Shown here: piece after piece, positions 27,706 through 32,000 of the stretch
Numbering within the stretch: position 1 is the stretch's first letter
Layout of the letters: the number at the start of each line of letters is the position of its first letter
NCBI RefSeq assembly: GCF_000015145.1
Contig: NC_008818.1
Location: 1,050,001-1,082,000 of the forward strand
From: Hyperthermus butylicus DSM 5456
GTDB lineage: Archaea; Thermoproteota; Thermoprotei_A; Sulfolobales; Pyrodictiaceae
DNA length: 32,000 nucleotides
Direction: 5' to 3'
Position numbers and translations under genes: made by a program
Notes under the pieces: model-generated
Database searches by the model: none
What the model saw: the letters and a program-made list of their open reading frames with translations, nothing else
What the model was told of the DNA's origin: nothing

Positions 27706-29073
27706 CTACGGCTTGTTTTTTGCAAGATAGTTTACCGGCCGTCCAACAGCCACTTCAGCTGCCAGCGCTATTGCCTCAGATATTGACGGATGCGGGTGGA
27801 TTAGGTCTGCTAGCTCTTCCACTGTGACACCCCTCTCCACGGCTAGAGCTGCTTCCCCCGCCACCTCGCTAGCGCCATGAGCAGCAAGGTGTAAGCCTAG
27901 GACCCTCCCGCTACTAGCATCATAGACTATCTTTGCAACACCATATTCGGCACCCTTGATCACCGCCATGGAGATTGCGCCTAGCCTTATGCGTGCCTCC
28001 TGCGCGTTGTAGCCCCTCCTCCGAGCCTCATCCAGCGTGTAACCCACCTGTACAGCTTCAAGCCCTGTATAGACCACTAGAGGTATAGCCTTGGGGCTCC
28101 ATTTCCTCTCCTCGCCGGATACGTTGAGTCCCACCGTGACTGCCTGGGAGTACGCCTTGTGGGCGAGTAGAGGCGGCCCTGCTACATCACCAGAGGCGTA
28201 GACATCCTTTGCAGCCCTGAGGTACTCGTCAACAATAATGTAGCCCTTCTCGTCAAGCTTAACACCAAGAACATCAAGACCTAGACCACTAGTTGCGGGA
28301 CGGCGGCCCGTGGCAACAACTACAATGTCAGCCTTGATCCTGTCGCCGCTTGAGAGAACAACCTCCACGCCGTTGGCTAGTTTTTCGAGTCTACCGATAG
28401 TAGTCTTCGTGTGTAGTTTTACACCTATGCTGCGCAGGTACCGGGCTACAGCCCGAGAGAGGTCGACATCCATGAATGGTAGTATGCGGTCGAGAACTTC
28501 TACGAGGTGTACCTCGGCGCCAAGTCTGGCAAATAGATCCGCGTACTCGACCCCTGCTGGGCCTCCACCGACAACAACGACTTTCGAGGGCTCACCATCG
28601 TAGCTCAGTATCGTACGATTATCATGGACTAGCTTGCCGTCAGGCTCTAGGCCGGGAGGATAACCGGGATCGGTGCCAGTAGCGATAACGAGTTTCTCGT
28701 ATTCCACATCTCCGTAGCCTTCAACGTGTACTACACCAGGTGCACGGATCTTCGCGCGACCACGTATGACTGCGACACCGTAGCCTTCAAGCACCGTCTC
28801 GATGCCCGACCTAACCCGCTGGGACACCTTCAACGCATACTCTAGGGCCTCGCGGAACCTCTTGTCTACGCTAAAGCCGCGGCTAAGCACGGCAGCAATC
28901 TCGGATGCCTTCGAGAGCATGGCCTTAACTGGGATACAGGCATAATTCGCACACTCGCCGCCGAGTAGGCGGGCCTCGACAACAGCCGTCTTTAGACCAC
29001 GCTGGGCAGCAACAACCGCTGCTGGATAACCACCAAAACCTCCACCTATGACTAGGAGGTCGAAGCGCGGCAA
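27706..29073 (-). CDS. Dihydrolipoamide dehydrogenase-like pyridine nucleotide-disulfide oxidoreductase
   Basis: FDLLVIGGGFGGYPAAVVAAQRG, GGECANYACIPVKAML (CxxxxC redox pair), VVVGGGPAGVEYADLFARLGAEVHLVE, YASGDVAG, HLAAHGASEVAGEAALAVERG, HPHPSISEAIALA. Confidence 0.87.
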   Translation of the reverse strand: MPRFDLLVIGGGFGGYPAAVVAAQRGLKTAVVEARLLGGECANYACIPVKAMLSKASEIAAVLSRGFSVDKRFREALEYALKVSQRVRSGIETVLEGYGVAVIRGRAKIRAPGVVHVEGYGDVEYEKLVIATGTDPGYPPGLEPDGKLVHDNRTILSYDGEPSKVVVVGGGPAGVEYADLFARLGAEVHLVEVLDRILPFMDVDLSRAVARYLRSIGVKLHTKTTIGRLEKLANGVEVVLSSGDRIKADIVVVATGRRPATSGLGLDVLGVKLDEKGYIIVDEYLRAAKDVYASGDVAGPPLLAHKAYSQAVTVGLNVSGEERKWSPKAIPLVVYTGLEAVQVGYTLDEARRRGYNAQEARIRLGAISMAVIKGAEYGVAKIVYDASSGRVLGLHLAAHGASEVAGEAALAVERGVTVEELADLIHPHPSISEAIALAAEVAVGRPVNYLAKNKP

Positions 29074-29252
29074 GGGGTTCTGAACCCGGGAACTAAACCT
29101 AGGGGTTTGAGGCTACAAAACTACTAGCTTGCAGAGGATAGGGGCAGGTGGGTCAGCCTAGGTGTTGCACCGCATCCCCCACACCTTGGGGGTCGGCCTC
29201 GGCTGTACTCAGCAGCCCCAGGATTAGATGACTGTTTAGCAGCTAAGGGTTA

Positions 29253-29283
29253 TGGTTTACGGGCTACATGTTAGCCCAAACCA
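29253..29283. repeat. Long inverted repeat / hairpin in the gap upstream of the oxidoreductase gene
   Basis: TGGTTT-AC-GGGCTA-[CATGT]-TAGCCC-AAACCA, 12 bp paired with a 2-nt bulge. A second hairpin CCCCCA-[CACCT]-TGGGGG is at 29176-29192. Confidence 0.6.
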
Positions 29284-29358
29284 CCATACTTGGCTGTAGC
29301 GTGGCAGCCTCCATGTTTCACGCCGCCTATTCTGTCGGGATAGGCGCCTAAAACACAT

Positions 29359-30471
29359 TTAGGCTACTATTCTTGCTGCCCCGTAAAGCGCTGCTGCATA
29401 GGCTAGGAGAGCTATTGTACTCTGCATGGGCCATAGCGCAGCAGCTACTAGAGCTAGCGCTAGTGGTACTAGTCTGTAGGCTCTGCGGTGCCCTGTACCG
29501 AGGATTACCGGGAGCATCATGGGGGCGTGTATAAGCACATGCACCGTGATGAAGCCAAGGGTGTAGGTGTGGAGTACACAGAACAAGCTACAGTAGCCCA
29601 TAGCATAGAGTGCCGTGTACACTGCCACGAGGATGGAGGAGGCTGCGGCAAAGTAATGGCCCTTTAGGAAATACTCCTGCGCTAGCCGTGCTGCTGTGCC
29701 CGGCTTCAGCCTATCCATAGCCTGGGAGAGGTATCTCGGGACGCGGTAGATTCTTGCAGCATAGGGGTAAACGAGGGTTCCGAGCGCAGTCACAGCCAGG
29801 CCGGCCCGGAACTCCATGCGTAGAAGTAGAGCTGCAGCCAGAGCATTGAGTAATGGAAGGGCCAACGCCACCAGCTTCGAGGGCTTGTCCCGGTAGGTTG
29901 CGGGAAGCGAGTGCACCGTAACAGCATAGATCAGCGTGACCGGGTAAGCTATAGTGAGCACGAGAGCGAGCAACACCAAGCCGCCAGGCTTGCCCAGACT
30001 AAGCCAGGCCAGGGCTGCACCACCCGCCAAAGCGTAGGACGCCGATACCAGGAGAAGGCTGAGACCAACACTACCCCCGTCAACCCGGTTCGAGGCGAGA
30101 AACGCTGTTAGGGAGGACACGGCAGTCACACCAACAACTGCCAACACGGCGGTCTCAACACTAAGCCATAGCCCCATAAACACAGCCAACACATAGGCTG
30201 GAGCACTCAGCGCCATACAAGCAAGGCATAGCTTGACCACGAAGCTGCTTACCCGCACAGCGCCAGAAGCGACATAAGCTACAGCTACAGCGTGGGGAAA
30301 GAGCATCAACACACCAAACAACATGAGGTACATATGGACGTGAACCTGGCCTAAAACCAGCAACAACAACCCCGCAACGAGGTAGACAAGACTGGCCACA
30401 ACACCGATACGGGTGCACGTCTTCACAACAACGGTGGTTATGGCTGAAGGCATTCTCTCTAGGCCGGGCAC
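29359..30471 (-). CDS. Polytopic integral membrane protein, His-rich first helices
   Basis: About ten hydrophobic helices, with LLLVLGQVHVHMYLMLFGVLMLFPHAVAVAYV and LGFITVHVLIHAPMMLPVILG. Vaguely NnrS / heme-copper-subunit-I-like. Confidence 0.65.
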   Translation of the reverse strand: MPGLERMPSAITTVVVKTCTRIGVVASLVYLVAGLLLLVLGQVHVHMYLMLFGVLMLFPHAVAVAYVASGAVRVSSFVVKLCLACMALSAPAYVLAVFMGLWLSVETAVLAVVGVTAVSSLTAFLASNRVDGGSVGLSLLLVSASYALAGGAALAWLSLGKPGGLVLLALVLTIAYPVTLIYAVTVHSLPATYRDKPSKLVALALPLLNALAAALLLRMEFRAGLAVTALGTLVYPYAARIYRVPRYLSQAMDRLKPGTAARLAQEYFLKGHYFAAASSILVAVYTALYAMGYCSLFCVLHTYTLGFITVHVLIHAPMMLPVILGTGHRRAYRLVPLALALVAAALWPMQSTIALLAYAAALYGAARIVA

Positions 30472-30958
30472 CGGGACTGCAGCCTAGAGGATAAGTCTAG
30501 TTGGCCGCACAAGACAGGCTGGGCTATGACTGTAACAGTCTAAGCTCACCCCCACACTTAGCCAGGTCTACCCCGGCTACATAACCCTGGAGCAAGGAAC
30601 CGTCGGTACCTGCAAGCACCCCAACCTATTGTCGGTCATCCTGCCTGGAGCACCAATAACTGTACGGGGCATCCTATTATGCGCTGGGTCTGCAAGGTAG
30701 CCTAGGAGGTGTAGCGTCTCCCCAAGCTCTAGACCCCGCTTCCCCGCAGCTCTACGGGGTTCCAGGATGAAGCCCAGCTGGTACATCGTGCAGTCTGGTT
30801 GTTCTCCTCACACGAGCAAAATGTAGGCTAATGCTACAAAACATGAAGACCCAGATCCAGATATGGTATGTGACGACACATAATGTGTGTCGGGGCGTTT
30901 TGCGGGCTAGTTTTATGTGTTAGTTGTTGCATATTAAATAGTCTTGGGTGGGTTGTCT

Positions 30959-31303
30959 GTGCCTACTGTTTCGATAAAAGTTATACCTATTGGTGTTGGG
31001 CCAAGTCTCTCCAGGTATATTGCTCGGGTTGTTGCACTGCTTGAGGCTAAGGGGTATAAGCCCCTGGTGACTCCCGATACGACTGTTATCCAGGTCAATG
31101 ATGTTAGTGAGATCGGGCCCCTGGTCAGGATGATCCATGACGAGCTTTACAGCATGGGTGTAGCTAGGGTGCTTACCATTATTATGATTGATGAGAGGAG
31201 GGATGTTGCTGAGGCTCCGCCTCAGGCTGCTGTTGAGAAGGTGCTTGCCCGGCTGCAGGAGGAGCGTAAGAAGTTTACGCGCGACGTGCACGGCGTGATC
31301 TAG
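30959..31303 (+). CDS. MTH1187/DUF77 (thiamine-binding-like) family protein
   Basis: VSIKVIPIGVGPSLSRYIARVVALLEAKGYKPLVTPDTTVI...VRMIHDELYSMGVARVLTIIMIDERRD. The track start at 30944 is alternative. Confidence 0.8.
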   Translation: MPTVSIKVIPIGVGPSLSRYIARVVALLEAKGYKPLVTPDTTVIQVNDVSEIGPLVRMIHDELYSMGVARVLTIIMIDERRDVAEAPPQAAVEKVLARLQEERKKFTRDVHGVI

Positions 31304-32000
31304 TGTTTTGTCTTGGGGAGCAGGTAGTAGGTGTTATTGTACTGCAGTAGCCTAGCCTCACCTCCGATCTCTATCCTACCCTCTATCTTTACCCTTGACC
31401 TTGGGAGTTCCTCGTAGTTGTATGCTCCGTCAAGATACTGTATGTGTATCCAGCCGAGCTCCACGGCTGCTACTATGACGGGGTGTTCTTCTATATCTGG
31501 CTTTTTCAGCTTCTTCCATGCCTCTTCCACTGTTAGCCGGTGCTGGCGTCGGGTGCCGAGCCTGCGTATGTGTACATAGCCGTTTGCTATGCGCTCCACT
31601 ATTGCTAGTGATCCGTTGTAATCTACGAGGCTTCCCTCCCTGAAGAATGGGAGCCGTACGGATAGCGTGAGCCGCGAGAATCGTTTGCCGTCGCTCCTCC
31701 TGCCGACGACCTTGTGGCTCTCCTTGACCATTGCTGCCATCTGGCTCCTCATCTTTGCCGCTAGGTGCCTTGCAAGGTTTGCATCCAACATCTTATAGTC
31801 TATACCCTCCCTCAGCTCCTCAACAGAGATTATCGCGTCTACCACACCTGGCATTGTCTGCACCATGTCCTCTACCGCTACTCGGTCCTCCTCGCTTAGT
31901 CTTCCATCGTAGCCTCGTATCTGGACTATTGCCGCTGGCGTCCCAGCCGCACGCTGGAAGCACGCTGGGCACAGCTGCTTCTTCGTCTCGAGAGCTACAG
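31300..32000 (-). CDS. nmd3: NMD3 homologue (ribosome/nonsense-mediated decay family), N-terminus beyond the window edge
   Basis: The frame is open past 31866 to the edge: KKQLCPACFQRAAGTPAAIVQIRGYDGRLSEEDRVAVEDMVQTMPGVVDAIISVEELREGIDYKMLDANLARHLAAKM...VVGRRSDGKRFSRLTLSVRLPFF. Confidence 0.75.
   Translation of the reverse strand, partial: VALETKKQLCPACFQRAAGTPAAIVQIRGYDGRLSEEDRVAVEDMVQTMPGVVDAIISVEELREGIDYKMLDANLARHLAAKMRSQMAAMVKESHKVVGRRSDGKRFSRLTLSVRLPFFREGSLVDYNGSLAIVERIANGYVHIRRLGTRRQHRLTVEEAWKKLKKPDIEEHPVIVAAVELGWIHIQYLDGAYNYEELPRSRVKIEGRIEIGGEARLLQYNNTYYLLPKTKH

Noticed and set aside
30577-30786. 69-aa minus-strand ORF in the gap between 30471 and 30944
   Set aside because: No family resemblance and no clear start context. 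It could be real but I cannot support it.

Overview
The window looks like ordinary chromosome from a hyperthermophilic crenarchaeon, with mostly high GC, GTG/TTG starts and tight gene packing. A Pyrodictiaceae-like source is my impression from protein style only, not a database result. Left to right it carries: a truncated sugar-phosphate nucleotidyltransferase/acyltransferase, UMP kinase, an ACT-MgtE fusion Mg2+ transporter, endonuclease IV, a membrane HEXXH peptidase, a possible MIP18/DUF59-like protein with a partner, a class I aminotransferase, QueC, a Thg1-like protein next to tRNA-Ala(UGC), an AT-rich island with gene fragments, and a formate dehydrogenase locus (fdhA Cys-type with Tat signal, fdhB, fdhC, divergent fdhD, fdhE, plus a 60-aa coupled ORF). 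The right side has a frameshifted beta-propeller secreted protein, a small wHTH protein, a 607-aa secreted helical protein divergent from a membrane-anchored wHTH protein, a dihydrolipoamide-dehydrogenase-like oxidoreductase, a polytopic membrane protein, an MTH1187/DUF77-family protein, and a truncated NMD3 homologue. I see no CRISPR array, rRNA, intact transposase or clear defence system. The best leads are the divergent FdhD and Cys-rich FdhA insertions, the 15-bp tandem repeat in front of fdhA, the divergent secreted-helical/membrane-wHTH pair, two suspected single-base frameshifts at 22.7 and 24.2 kb, the decayed AT-rich island, and two structured intergenic regions.
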